A DNA stretch of 61,548 bases from Catajapyx aquilonaris. Lineage: Eukaryota. Shown here piece by piece: positions 13,101 through 25,557 of this stretch. The stretch's first letter is position 1, and every line of letters begins with the position of its first letter. The notes below the pieces were generated by a model. That model was not told the DNA's origin. It searched no databases and saw nothing but the letters and a program-made list of their open reading frames with translations. Made by a program: the position numbers and the translations under genes. Location of the stretch: NCBI GenBank assembly GCA_000934665.2, contig KZ538564.1, positions 1 to 61,548 of the forward strand, written 5' to 3'.

Positions 13101-15291
13101 TTGAAATTTGATGGCACGTCCTCGATTCCCAACTTTGTGTCACATCCTGGCTAGTACGAGTGTACAGTCGCATTCACTTGCTGAACGCGACTTGGTTGTA
13201 ATGATCAAACCAGAATTTGCAAGTTACATTGTAAAAGAAAAAAAAAATTGTTGAAGAGCAATGTCCCATCCTATGTTTGTGTTAACATCGGATATGACGT
13301 ACGTAAATATTTGAAAATTGTTGTTGGCTATTTTGTGGTCAGAGCGTTTACGTCATGGTTGCATTCAGCAAGCGGAAATAAAGGGGGTACGTGCTATGTA
13401 TTTGTTTTGTTGGAAGCGCGCTTCTTGGCACACCCAAATATTTGGGTGTTTTGAAAGCTGATTATAATGAGATTAATTAAGCATGCGATGCGCAATTACC
13501 ATTTCCAGAGGATTAGTAGTGTCAATGCTTGGGGGGGGGGGGGGGGGNGGGCGTTTCATATCCATGGCTTAGCTTCATGTGGAGCCTATAGGCACCTGTG
13601 AATACGGTCATTCATCTGAAATAACGCTTAGTCTATGGCTGGGTGTATTTTGGAAAAAGGGATATAAACACATGGGCATCGTGTTTAGAAAATTGGGCTT
13701 GATTTGGCTGCTTTATTCATTAATGATAAGCCTTCATTATCCGAGATAATCCAAGTCGACCTGATAGTGCCTGTCACAGATTTGTCACAAAATGAACTTT
13801 TTTTCACAGATTATTTTCAACAGTTTCAAAAACAACTTTTCGCGTCCTACCCCCCATTTAAACATTAAAGCCCATCGGTAGAATTTCGTGCGTCAGTTCC
13901 ACCGAAATAACGTAGTCCATTGTACCGGTATAACATGCCATGACATTTCAACCCCCTGGTGAATGTTCCGCAGCATTTTGTGGGTTGTGGAAAAAAAAAT
14001 TGCCTACTTTTGCTATATAGATGTGAGAAATACGTCCGTTTTTATTTGGGTCTGGTTGAGTTATTGCGCTTCATATGGCGACGCTGTGACAAGTACGGAG
14101 CAACTTGAATGATGAACCAAGCACTGGATTGGGTTCTCCGGGCCTCGTTTGGTTTCACCCAATGTAGGTAATCCGCCCGTTAATTTTGTTTACACTAGAA
14201 CCAAATGAAAATGAGGCAACAGACATTTGTGACATTCATGGCTAGGGAAATTCATCTCCAAAATTGACGCCAACAAGCGCCTCCAATCAATTTTGACACC
14301 CTTTAAGTACCAGTTTGCATGCACTTTGGTTGTGCCACCAGATGTCCCATCCGTCGCAGCGTGATACTAACAGATGGCAGCTCACATGCAACGGTCTTTC
14401 CTTCCATCTTGGTTAGGACGACTGAGACGTGGTTGAAGCCATGTTTTTTTTCGCAAAAGCTCTCTCTCTCTCTGACCTGAGAGAACCGCAGGAGGAGATA
14501 AAGCTGGAAAGGGAGGTGCCCTAGCCCACTTCCAAGTCTTGCCCTTTATAATCATAGGCTGCGGACCGCTGGCTAATGAGATTGCCGTGGTTCAAGTGTG
14601 GTTTTCATTGCGGATGGCCTCCCCATGTCAAGATGTAACCACTTGTGCCCTGCCTAGGACTTGTACTCTGCCTAGGGAGATGTGAGGGGACGGAAAAGCA
14701 CCCAGATATTTTTAATTAGCTTTGAAATTAAGTAATCACGGTAAATGCGATTGGCATAATGCGGCGTTGTCCCGGTGCTGCATCACTATGCATCCCAGAA
14801 GAGGCGGATCCAGAGCGCGTTAATGAGCGCCAGGGCCTAATTCATGAGGCAAATCATTTCCATCCGCCCATTAAGGCAACACCTTGCATCTGAAGAGGAG
14901 AGCCAGGCGCAGTAATCCAAACACGGTAACATGCTTCACAGGACAGCAGGCAACGGGATTCAAGTCGAGGCCTGCCCAAGTGTGGCCACCCTCGACTCTT
15001 AATTAGCGGGGTCGGATTATCCACGGCTTACTACTGTACATTGCAGCCTAAAGCGCACTGTTCTCCACCTCAAATCTGACTTGCTGCTAGCTAGCCCCAG
15101 GATTCTCATTCTCACATACACTGGAGATGATCAGACCCTTTGTTTTGCTCGTTGACATCATGTAATTCAGGTACGAGAGGAATCTTAAGTAGCTTTCTGC
15201 ATATCCTATTATACTCATTAAGAATATAACAGCAGATATTTAGCTTGTTTATCTCAATCTACTCTGAAGACCATCTACGCATGACAAAGCA

Positions 15292-15292
<1 letters not shown>

Positions 15293-15374
<82 letters not shown>
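15293..15374. repeat. (ATT)n microsatellite
   Basis: Read directly from the sequence. Confidence 0.95.
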
Positions 15375-15376
<2 letters not shown>

Positions 15377-16274
15377 GAATGGTAGAAGAAACGTTCTGGC
15401 GTCCACTTAATTATTATCGACGTTGGGAGGAGCCAGGGACGTTATTTTTGGCGGGCAGATGGCAGCGTTGAAGAAGTCTAGATAAATTGAATAATGAAGA
15501 TAAGGAGAGGGCAGAATGCCCCGAGACGAAGAGTTATGGCGACTTAGGTGAGATCCGGATCAGGCAAAAGGAACCGTCTCCGTGGGGCCCTTCGTCTTGC
15601 TGTCTTTTTCCCGCAGACATCCTGATTCGGCGCCATTTCCCCCTACTCTATAGTCCATACCCACTCGGAGAGAAGCCCCCTGAAAATGAAAATTAGTCTT
15701 TTCTTATTTTCTCCATTTCCGGAATGAGTTGTTCTCACCGAAGAGCTAATTCTACCTAAGCCTCTTAGGAAATTCAAGCCTCTCACCGTTCCCAAATCTG
15801 TCCACTTCACCATGAACCTAACTCGAGCCACATATAAATATTTTGTGCCCTTCCTTCTCTTCTCTCTCGTACCACTCCATATAGGTACTATAACCCGTGA
15901 CTTAGTCATCGATTAGTCATTTGTCCCCCTGAACAGTTTGGGATTACAGTAGGGCCAGATCGGTCAGCTCTCTACTGGCCAAAAGTTCCTGCGGGATGAG
16001 ATCGGGAATTGGAAGTGGGAGTCCCGTTTCAAACACCTGTCAAGGAAATGAGCCACATGAATCGGGGATCAATGGTCCTTACTGTTCCCAATTCTGAGTT
16101 TATTTGTGCAGGCACTCTCAACGTCAAGTGTGTAACGTTGCCCTACTCTTTGGTCTCACAGTCCAACGTTTGGTATTGGATGGGTTATTTTTTGGAGCCA
16201 GTACATTGAAAACTGTAAATGCATCCAAATATTCACTAGAAGGTGGCTTAAATACTGTTTCATGCAGTAAGGTA

Positions 16275-16404
16275 CACACGATGGAGTTAGTTATTGCGAT
16301 TTGGCACTTTTGTCAAGAGATGGCGTGGATGCTAGGGGTGGCGGACCTGGAGATGTAGTCAGTCGTGAAACAGCCGGAGGCGAAGTTAGTGTAATAAATA
16401 GGTT
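16275..16404 (-). repeat. Dispersed repeat; MITE-free paralogue of 5149-5733
   Basis: Its reverse complement aligns across both flanks of the P-like MITE, with a single GGTCCGCC site. Confidence 0.75.
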
Positions 16405-16435
16405 TTATTATTGGACCAAGACACACAGTCTAGAA

Positions 16436-16931
16436 CAGGGCTTCCAAATTTTTTCCGTTGGCGATCCCAGAAAATCGTCTCGTAAAATTCGCGACCCCCA
16501 CTTCCAATTTAACCATACCACACCTCAGTGGTAGTCAATGAAAATAATTGATAAATTAACACATCTTCTCGTTCACAGGCACATTTTTCCAGAGAGATAG
16601 AACCATTTTATAAATATCATTTGTTACCCCTCCCCCCCTCGCGACCCCAAAGGACCTGTTCAAAGTTATCCTGACTAAGAAAGGCAACCCACATGGCACA
16701 ATGATTTGTGTCTTTAGAGTGGAGCAGATCACTGGAACTTGGCAACGATATAAGGGAAGTTGGATCAAAATGGCTGCTGTCAAGCTACAGTAATACGAAC
16801 CCTGTATATTGTCATTCAATGGAAGAATGCTTCTAACAGCTGACCTTCAACGCCTTCAGGTTTGCATTTCTCTTAATATTTGTCGTTTGACAGGTCCTTT
16901 GGGGTCGCGACCCACAGTTTGGGAAGTCCTG
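16436..16931. mobile_element. hAT (Charlie-like) MITE
   Basis: CAGGGCTTCCAAA...TTTGGGAAGTCCTG termini; 8-bp TSD GTCTAGAA/GTCTAAAA. Confidence 0.75.
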
Positions 16932-16957
16932 GTCTAAAAGGATGACCTATAGAGAGG

Positions 16958-17256
16958 ATTGTTTGTTTGTTTGTTTTGTTACCCCGTGATAGAGCTCGTG
17001 GCCCTCTTAGGAGGGGAAGGGGAAGTTCCCAAGGGAGGGCGCCACGCCGTGCGACAGCCATTTCTGACATTCTTTAACACCAGGCCTTTTCTCCTGGCCT
17101 CGAGCAGAGAAGGGAGTGCAATTCTGCTCCGGCATGTCGGGTGAAAAGCGGAAAAAAGACCCGGCCAAGCAGAGGTGACGGGGACGGGATTTGAACCCCG
17201 GCCTCCCGATTGGCTGGCCAGTGCAGTGGCGTAACCACCATGCAGCGCCCGACCGG
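16958..17256 (-). mobile_element. tRNA-derived SINE, family D
   Basis: Reverse-strand B box GGTTCAAATCCC, a CCTA...GGGGTAA tail module and an (AAAC)n tail. Confidence 0.7.
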
Positions 17257-19652
17257 TCAGATATCACAATATTTATTCACTCACCCATATTTTAGTGAAT
17301 ATTTTGTTGAATTTAAAGTTTTCAGTGCAGGACAACCCTTGGATCTATCTCCATCCTGAAATTTTTTGTCCCCTATAGCCATAGCCAGCTCATAGCCCTT
17401 CTCTAATATGAAAACAAGACAATGTTGCCGGGGATTAGTTTTCTTCCCCGGTGCTGGACCCCTCCGCTGGAGATGGTAGAGAAAAAAAGTTGGCCATCAA
17501 CTGTCTGCTTAATCAAGCAAGTTTGGCTGCTTAATTATACTTTCCTCGTTCCGGAGAGCGCACTTTGTTAGCCTACATGCAGCAGGCTATCCGAAATAAG
17601 AAAAGTTCATTCCGCAGATATCGTGGAGGGAAAAGGGGGGGGGGAGTTGTGGTAGGGGAAGGCGGGGGTGGGGGGGAAGAAGAACTGGGCCGTGATTCCA
17701 CTGCAAACAGCCGACTTAACCCCAAATTGGCTCGTGCTTTTGTTCTTAGGAAGGAAGCACAAGCACTGCACTATTTCCGGGGGGATTGATAGTCGCAATT
17801 TGCTGCCAGAGGAAGGAAAAAAGTGTTCATTAAGTTTCACGCGACAAAAGACCGGGAATAAGTGTGTCTGTTGTGAATTATCGGTTGCATTAACGCTGGG
17901 TGAGATTGTATTAAAAGGCAATTGCCGGATTAACGAAGGGGAGGGAGACGATGCCCGTTTATTTGGATAGTTACGGATATTACGCCAGGGCGACAATAGG
18001 GAATCAACCTTGGTGAGCAGGGGCTGTCAAAATTTTCACAATCCACCCACCCCCACCATACCCCAGGCTCCATACCCACCATCCTATCCGCCTCGGGGCT
18101 TTCAATAGCCGGAGCATTAACGGCTCCAATAATGGTTAATGAATAGCCTAATATGACATATGACCTACGTTGGGGAGGCACGATGAAATAAAACAATATG
18201 GGCCTTCCCCTCCCTCAGCCAACCCCTCCCTTTGATAACATGGTAACCGTGTCAAAAAATTTTGGTGGCTGGATTTTAGTAGTGTCGTAAAATTTACGGC
18301 GCGGTTTTCATTCTTTCTAAAGACGTGTAGGAGTGAATGTGTGCACAAAAAGAGGAGGGCCGTGGGATTTTGTGTATGCACAATCTCATTATCGTGGGTA
18401 TGCCAGTCGATAAATCGCCACTCAGGTCATAAGGGCCTTCAAATATGAGTTTCAGTGGTAGTTAAGAGTGCGTTCACATGGTAGTCAAAAGCTGGACAAG
18501 TTGCCCAACTTTGCACTGTTACATCATATTAAAAGACATTCATTAACTCGTTCTAGGGCAGCACTAAAATTCGTCGCGCGTATAATGTAGTGTAAGTAGT
18601 GTCGAAAATCTGAATCAATTTTTTCGATTTACATAATAATGATGATGATGATGATGATGTACTCCGAGGATCAAACTCGGGACCTCAGAGGTGAAACGCT
18701 ACATCAACATGTCAACCCAAAGAGTGTCACCTATACCAACGAACTGGACTATTTGGCAGGAAGAATGAATGGCAATATTCTCAGAGACCCAGACCTCTTC
18801 AGACCCGACTGCCATAAGGACAGATTACACTCAAAGATATGAATCAGGGAAGTGAAAGAAAAACAACAATAACTTGGAGTGCATGGTTCACTCGAGTGTA
18901 CTCCTAACAAGGATACTGCCTGTCCCACTGATGGACAAAACGTCCAATACACCTGCCATAAAATTGATGATCACTTTTTGGGATGTTCAACAAACTTGTC
19001 GCATGTCCACATATACAATATACGGTTTATAGGCTTAATTCATTTAACCGCATTGTGCTATAGGGATTTCCAAACAGCAGAGAAGGTTGAAGAATATGAG
19101 TAATGATGAGTAGATGCATTATTTGCAAACTCTGAAGCTCATTGTGGTCTAGTGTCCCAGCTGAGCCTGAGGTCTGAGGTTCTTTTCCGGGTCCGTTCGC
19201 ATGGTCGAATCGTAATCAGCTTATATACGCTGCCCTTAATCAAAAATAGCATAAAATACATATTACAGACAAAGTGTGTCGAGCTCTACGAAAAGAACAT
19301 GATAGCTATAGAAAATGGTGTATTCTTTCCTGTAGTCTATGTGGCGCTGAAATTCCAGCCATAAGCCATTTGCGCTCTGGAATGGGCATTATAACCGGCA
19401 TTCCGGGCGTAAGTGTCGTAAGGTCGCCGTCTAGAGGCAACGATAGAATTGGCTTGTCCTGTGAAGTGACAAAAAGGCGGATTGACTCCTCGTGAATTCT
19501 GGTCAAATATGTCACTTTTGGAAGCGTGAACGACGTTTGAAACAAATCAATGTCAGATTTTGATTTGCATTCACTCCTATAGGGGCCAGCAAGTAAGCTC
19601 ACGGGGGACTCCATAAGGCTGGGGTAAGAGCACTGTCTTATAATACTATACC

Positions 19653-19959
19653 TCTTATCGCCTGCCGGGGCGTTTTGCATGAGGTGCTCACTTGAGAGCG
19701 CCATGAGACCGCCTTTCACTGCTACATTATGCGGCGACCCTACCGGACCGCGCTGAACTTAGGTAGAAAGGAAGCCGCTACATACGGACCCAACATGGTC
19801 GCCGGCGACCGTGTTGGGTCCCCCAATGTAGCGCTTCCCTTTTGTACCGGTAAAGTTCAGCGCGGTCCGGCAGGGTCGCCACATAATGTAGCCGTGAAAG
19901 GCTGTCTTACGGCGGTCTCAAGTGAGCACCTCATGCAAACGCCCCGTCAGGCGATAAGA
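19653..19959. repeat. ~300-bp spacer-less palindromic element, copy 1
   Basis: Arms fold about the centre GGTCGCC|GGCGACC (19803/19804); homologous to 49900-50206. Confidence 0.85.
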
Positions 19960-22900
19960 TAAGATTATAGGGATAGTGTCCGGTGGTTGGGTAGGAGTAT
20001 CAGGGGTGCTGGTCACACCACGGAGCCTTGAGTGAACCAAGCATTCCGTGGGTCACACCTCCTTCAATTATGATGGAAAACCCATCTCTAGTTTTCTCCC
20101 AACACCCGATCCTTTCAGGTGCATACCCAATCACTCATCCCATGAATGACCTACGTGAGTGCCGGACACACGGATTTCACGAACATGTGTCCTTTTGAAA
20201 ATCACCGATCCAATTTCCAACACCCTTGTAGAATAATGGCTCAACGGCATGCTTTAATTATCGCTGAAAAATACCCGCTCGACATAAATGCGTGAGACTA
20301 ATGCGCAATATCGTAAAGTTGTGTGTGGTGGCGCCCAACGTGGGGTGGTCTTCAGTCAAGATCGGTCCTCGACTACAAACACGGTGAAGCTTCGAAGCTT
20401 ATGAAGTGTGCCGTATGCTGCCAACCGACACGGTGAAGAGTACTCCCGCAATAATTTTCTACCCACCCCCGCCTCTCCCCACTTTCCCCACTCATAATTT
20501 TTGTGAGTGACCCGGAGGCTGCAGAAGAGAGGCTTGAGGGAGGTGGCTTATTATCCGTGGTGGGGGCTCAGCCTAATCGAGTTTTCAGCGCCAGGCGATG
20601 CTCATTCATCACAGGCCCTGATGGTCGCCTGTCATTCCTTCATGTTGGCAATTAGGCGGGGAGCAGAGGGGGAAGGCGGGGAAGCCACTTGAGGAGGGTT
20701 TTGTGTTGGGTAATTGCAACCAAGATGGCGTCCAATTCTTGTCGGCTTCCGGGAATAGGGTCAGGCAATTACGACCGCCTTGATTGGACTATTGTGGCAA
20801 GGGTCGTTGACACCATGCATTTTGTAATAATTGCATGCATTTTTTAAGACGGTTCTTGCACTAGACAAATGAGAGGTGGGCCATACATTTTTTTTTTCTT
20901 TTTCCAATTGTTATCAGCTAGAGTCACTTTGATTTGTGAGATGGATTTTCATCAGCGGGAGCCCAAACCCCATGCACCTGATGAGCCCAGGAGCGCCAAT
21001 ATCTGCGCCGAGCTTATTTGCCCCTTTTCCTATTAGGGCCTCCGAGCTGGCCAATTCGCCCTTCCATCTTCTCTCCGCGGGTTGCAATCAGCAGGACGTG
21101 ATGACCAACTCCAGGGGAAGGGTGGTGGACTTCAAGAGGAGGGAAGCCAGCCAAGGATGCAGGGCAGGGAGGATGATGGGGAAAAAAATTGGGCTCAGCT
21201 GGCCAAGCTCACATTCTAAATTATCCAGCGTGGTCGCCCCGGATATTCGCATCCGACCATTGATTGTCAGGCGCTCAAGCACGTCCACTCAACCCGGGGC
21301 AGGTTTAACCAGCCGGGATAAATTCGGCGCGTACCCCTACCAGAGGTGCCCATGAAGAAACGTTACAAAGTTTTAGTCACGAGCCATGATTACGTGATGG
21401 AACCAGTACAGGTACGACAATAAAACAGTTGGAAATGGGAAATTTTTAGTTCAACAAAGTTTTGCAGTTGGTCTGAACTATTGAGCATTGAGAATGATTC
21501 CCAGTGGGTTTCTGCTACTTGAGTTATACATCACTCAGGCAAAACTATTGCAATTGTCTTGCCCTCCCCCGCCTCTGCTTCTCGGTTCCCTTCAATGTCC
21601 CCAGAGTGGCAGTCATGACACTTTTTGCATGAGGATCACGTACCAAACGGGCTCGGGACAATTGCCTGCCTTAAGGCCAACCAATCCACATAACGGGCCT
21701 ATATGTAAACGAGAGCTGTGAAGTGAGGTGCCATACAGAATATGAGACAATCGGCAGGTGAGCCACTTCCATTTAGCTAAATCATGATTGGGTGCCACCA
21801 GATGGCTCCTCTCACCACACGCCATCTGATGGTGCATCATTATCTTTGCTAACTTGAAAAATCCGGACATGGCAACGGTGTCGCCTTATGAATCCATTTC
21901 GAATGTGGCCGAATAGAGCGACCCTTGGGCTGTGAGACGAGGATTTAAGCCCCAGGGCTCTCTCCCATTAACCCCCTTGACGTGTGGCTGCTGTTTCGCA
22001 TTACGCCCCGCCTCGATCCCCCATCCATTCGGGGTTTAATTGAGCCCGAAGGATTTGATCGAGATCTTCTCTCCCAGGGATCAACTTGTTTGTTCGCCCA
22101 ATTTATTCTGCTCAAAAGCATTGATTTGCACGTACACCATTGTTGGAACCAAGAGCGACCATGCTTGTTGCACCGGAAGATGTTTACTAATTGCAGGTAC
22201 CTGCACTGAAATCGTCTCATTAAAAGAAATTCTACAAAGACCTGAAATGATATCGAGTCATTACACAAACTGCTAAATGATTCGTCGCATACCCGGTATA
22301 TTACATATCAGGATATTCAAGCCTAAATATGCGCTAACTCTATGAAATAATAATCTAGTCTAGATCCTCCGAACGCACTGGCTCGTCGTGAATATTTCAT
22401 CAGCCATTGTTCCAAATGCATTCAGAGGTGGACACTCATCTGGCAGGCCACATAGCTTCCATTTTGACTGCGGGGGGAAAGCTTTACAACCTTTGCCTCT
22501 GCTATCTTGTGGACACAATGGCCGCCCCTTATAATTACGAGCAGGGGGCTCCCCTTCGCATGAATCTCAACCGGACGGGTTTGTTGTAGGAATTAATGCC
22601 CCCACCAACCACCGACCTAACTTCTCTTCTAAACCTGGGTATCTCCCAAGAACCGGCAATGCGACACAGTTAATATTTCATGCCCCCCCCCCTCCCATCC
22701 CCACCTTCCCCCACCCCTTGCTCTTCTACTCTGCCTGCACCAGACAGCCTTACAAGGGTGAACTCGTGGGAAATATAAACTCCCCGAATTGCTTTCGTAG
22801 ATATACACCTTGGGGACATTGGTGGGGGGAAAGGGGGAGGGGAGCTGAATGCACAACTAACTGTACCATTACATTTTAATTTCGGGGAGTAGACTGGTTG

Positions 22901-25207
22901 GGGGGGGGAGGGGGGCGTAAAAATGTAGTGAACGTGAGAGTATTTTCAAGTCTTCGTTCTCATATTTAAATCGGGGCCCTGGCCTGGTTTTACCATTTTT
23001 ATTCTTTCATCCCATTGTAGCTCGGTTAATAATAGAAAGGCGAGAAGCTCTCTAGCCCTGGGTGCGATCCCAGCCTATGTCCAGGATGTACTGCTGTAGC
23101 CTGGGGTGTCTCCTGAAGGAGAAATGTCTTTATATAATATACATGTCGCTCTTGAAACTGCCATGGTGGGACCATTTTGGGTAGAAATGTCCTCGGAAAC
23201 ACTCTTGGAAAATGCCATCCATTGACTGTACAGCCCTTCAAAGTCACACTCTATGTGACCACTTCGTCCTCTGCAAGACCTAATGGTGCATGTATGTGTA
23301 GGGTAAAGTCGTACAGAAAACCAAAAGTTCACTGCAAACAGTGCAAAGGATGAAATATTAAACTAAAGCAAACTTTAAATTGTTTAAGATCTTTCCAAAA
23401 GGTCTTTAGTCCATAAGGTTTACTTGCACCCCAATCATTTTAACACGAATGATTGGCTTCGGTACTTTTGACGGAAACTCGTGTATCACGAAAAGTGCTA
23501 TGGTGGCAATCCCACCTGTAGTTCATCCACTGCATCTCTTATCGTGGTTTGACCATAAATAGAGCAAGGAAGTGCAATATCTGTCAGGCCTAGTTAAGGA
23601 TCGGAGTTGCGATACTTTCTTGGTGTTTTGAGAGTGATTCCTCGAACGGACCGCCCTTTCGTGACACAAAAACGAGTTGGGGGCTACCATCTCACTGACC
23701 TCGTCCAATTGGAGCCTTCGTGCTTTCAACCTTCCACCTACCGAAAAGCACTCACAATCAAGGAACGAAAAGAAGAAGCCGGAAGAAAGGGGGGAAAAAA
23801 GTAGGGGGGTAGAAGGGAAGTGCACCCCCCAAGATGGCGTAGAAAAAAAGGTGGGGGTGGTGGCAGGGGGGGGCCTTTGGCATGCCAAAGGAAACTTGCG
23901 TGACTCTCTGATCTTTGTTGTTGTTCAGGATGGAAGTAATTGCCATTTGGACTTGGGTCTGACGTGGGACAAATAGCCGGCGGCTATTGCTATGGAGGAC
24001 TTTTGTGGCCGAAACATGATTTAGTGCTTGTGACAATCAGGGCGTAATAACTCCAAGCGACAGTAACAGAAACCTTTGGGGACCTTTCATTTATTGCTCA
24101 AAAAGGAAAACACACCGCCTTTTTCCCACATGCGAAAAAGAAAGTCGGTGCCAAATCGGCCACAAAATATTTCCTTGAATGCCGTAATTACACCTTCTGT
24201 CCTACCCGCACATACTAGGGGAGTGCATAAAATACCCCGAGCCGATCATTTTTTGTCGTTAAAATATCCGTTATTATGTAGGGCCAAAGTATCAATCTGG
24301 CATTCGCCAAACCATAGTCGTCGAAGACACGGAAACGACCAACTCTCGATGTCGCCAAATCCAACTTGGTTTAACTTGGCGTATCTCCTTACATGCGTAA
24401 GCCAACCTGGCAGTTTCTTCCAATTGGGTGTGCCAATTGGCCAGCACGCATATAGGTAGACCATCAGTGCACACGAAGCGATTCACAAGTGTGCCGAGAC
24501 ATAATAACATTACTTAGGTACAACCAGTTTGCACACGGAGGTCTCTTATTCCACGTTTCCCTGATCATTTTTAGCCTGAAATTGCTGGCCTTTGGCGATA
24601 AGAAAACTGAAGTGGTCTCAGCCGATGTCCGAGCTCAAAAGAGCAGTTTCCCCTTCTGCTAAAAGTAAATTCAAGTGATATTGGAGGCTTGTTTCAGCGA
24701 TGCAGATCTCCCTCCAGTAAATCCCTAAGTAATGAGAAAAGAGTCTGCCGAGCCTTTTTTGGTGATCCCCAGTTAGGCCCCAGGGCATAATTATGAGATT
24801 GCGTAAATTCCACCCCCCACCTCCCACCCTACTCCTTCTCTCCCTTCGTTTGCCACCACTTGGAATTATGGAAATTATGCTAATTATACCGCCCAACACG
24901 CCTCTTCTCTTTTCTATGGTACAGTACTTTCTTCTTCTTCTTGCAGTTTGGGCCTCGGAGAAAATACACTTCCCATCCTGCTTGCGTGAGGCCAGTAAAA
25001 TCTATGGGCCTACTTACAAAGTCCCTTAAATTATTTTCTTTCTTGTTCTTTGGAGCCTAGATGCAAATAGCTTAGTGTCTTAATTATGACCTACTTAAGT
25101 CCCTGGCACAATATGACTGCATGTTGTCTTGAGAGGCTGCTATGGACCTGGAGTCGAGTCAAAATTCTCATTGACTGACATTTGACATCAGTATATCATC
25201 CAGGATG

Positions 25208-25557
25208 GGGAGGTGTAGATGGCCGAGATGGTAACGTCTCGGCTTGCTGAGTGAAAGACGCCAGGTTCGATCCTCGCCTGGGGAACTTTCCTTTCACCTG
25301 CGTCAGGAGGGTCTCTGACCTGCACCAAGGAGGTGTCTGGCAACCTAACCTCCTGGGGGAACAGCACATGACCCATAGCTACGACATTGCACCTTGCACC
25401 CCTGGTCCCTCCCCAAAAATCCCTAACCTTTCCCATTGTCCCTGTTTCCTTGCACCGGAGAATGAAGTGAAAATATATACAGAAAACTGATGGTGGTATG
25501 CCACCCCCCTATAGCACCCGTAAGGGTCATCACATGGTAAACTAAATAAATAAATAA
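25208..25557 (+). mobile_element. tRNA-derived SINE, family A, full length
   Basis: A box TGGCCGAGATGG, B box GGTTCGATCC, (TAAA)n tail, 15-bp TSD ATATCATCCAGGATG. Confidence 0.9.

Noticed and set aside
13449..13463. Partial match to the 3' part of bantam miRNA (TTTTGAAAGCTGATT)
   Set aside because: Seed absent and no hairpin.
15938..15995. miR-193-like seed (TACTGGCC) with a possible 5' arm
   Set aside because: Central pairing is too poor for a precursor.
18700..19010. Possible decayed LINE C-terminus (W..EW, GVHG, Cys/His pattern)
   Set aside because: Too degenerate to support without a profile search.
25208..25280. tRNA-like sequences (also at about 420-490, 57931, 58752 and 59650)
   Set aside because: They are SINE heads: no full cloverleaf, and followed by SINE body, tail and TSD.
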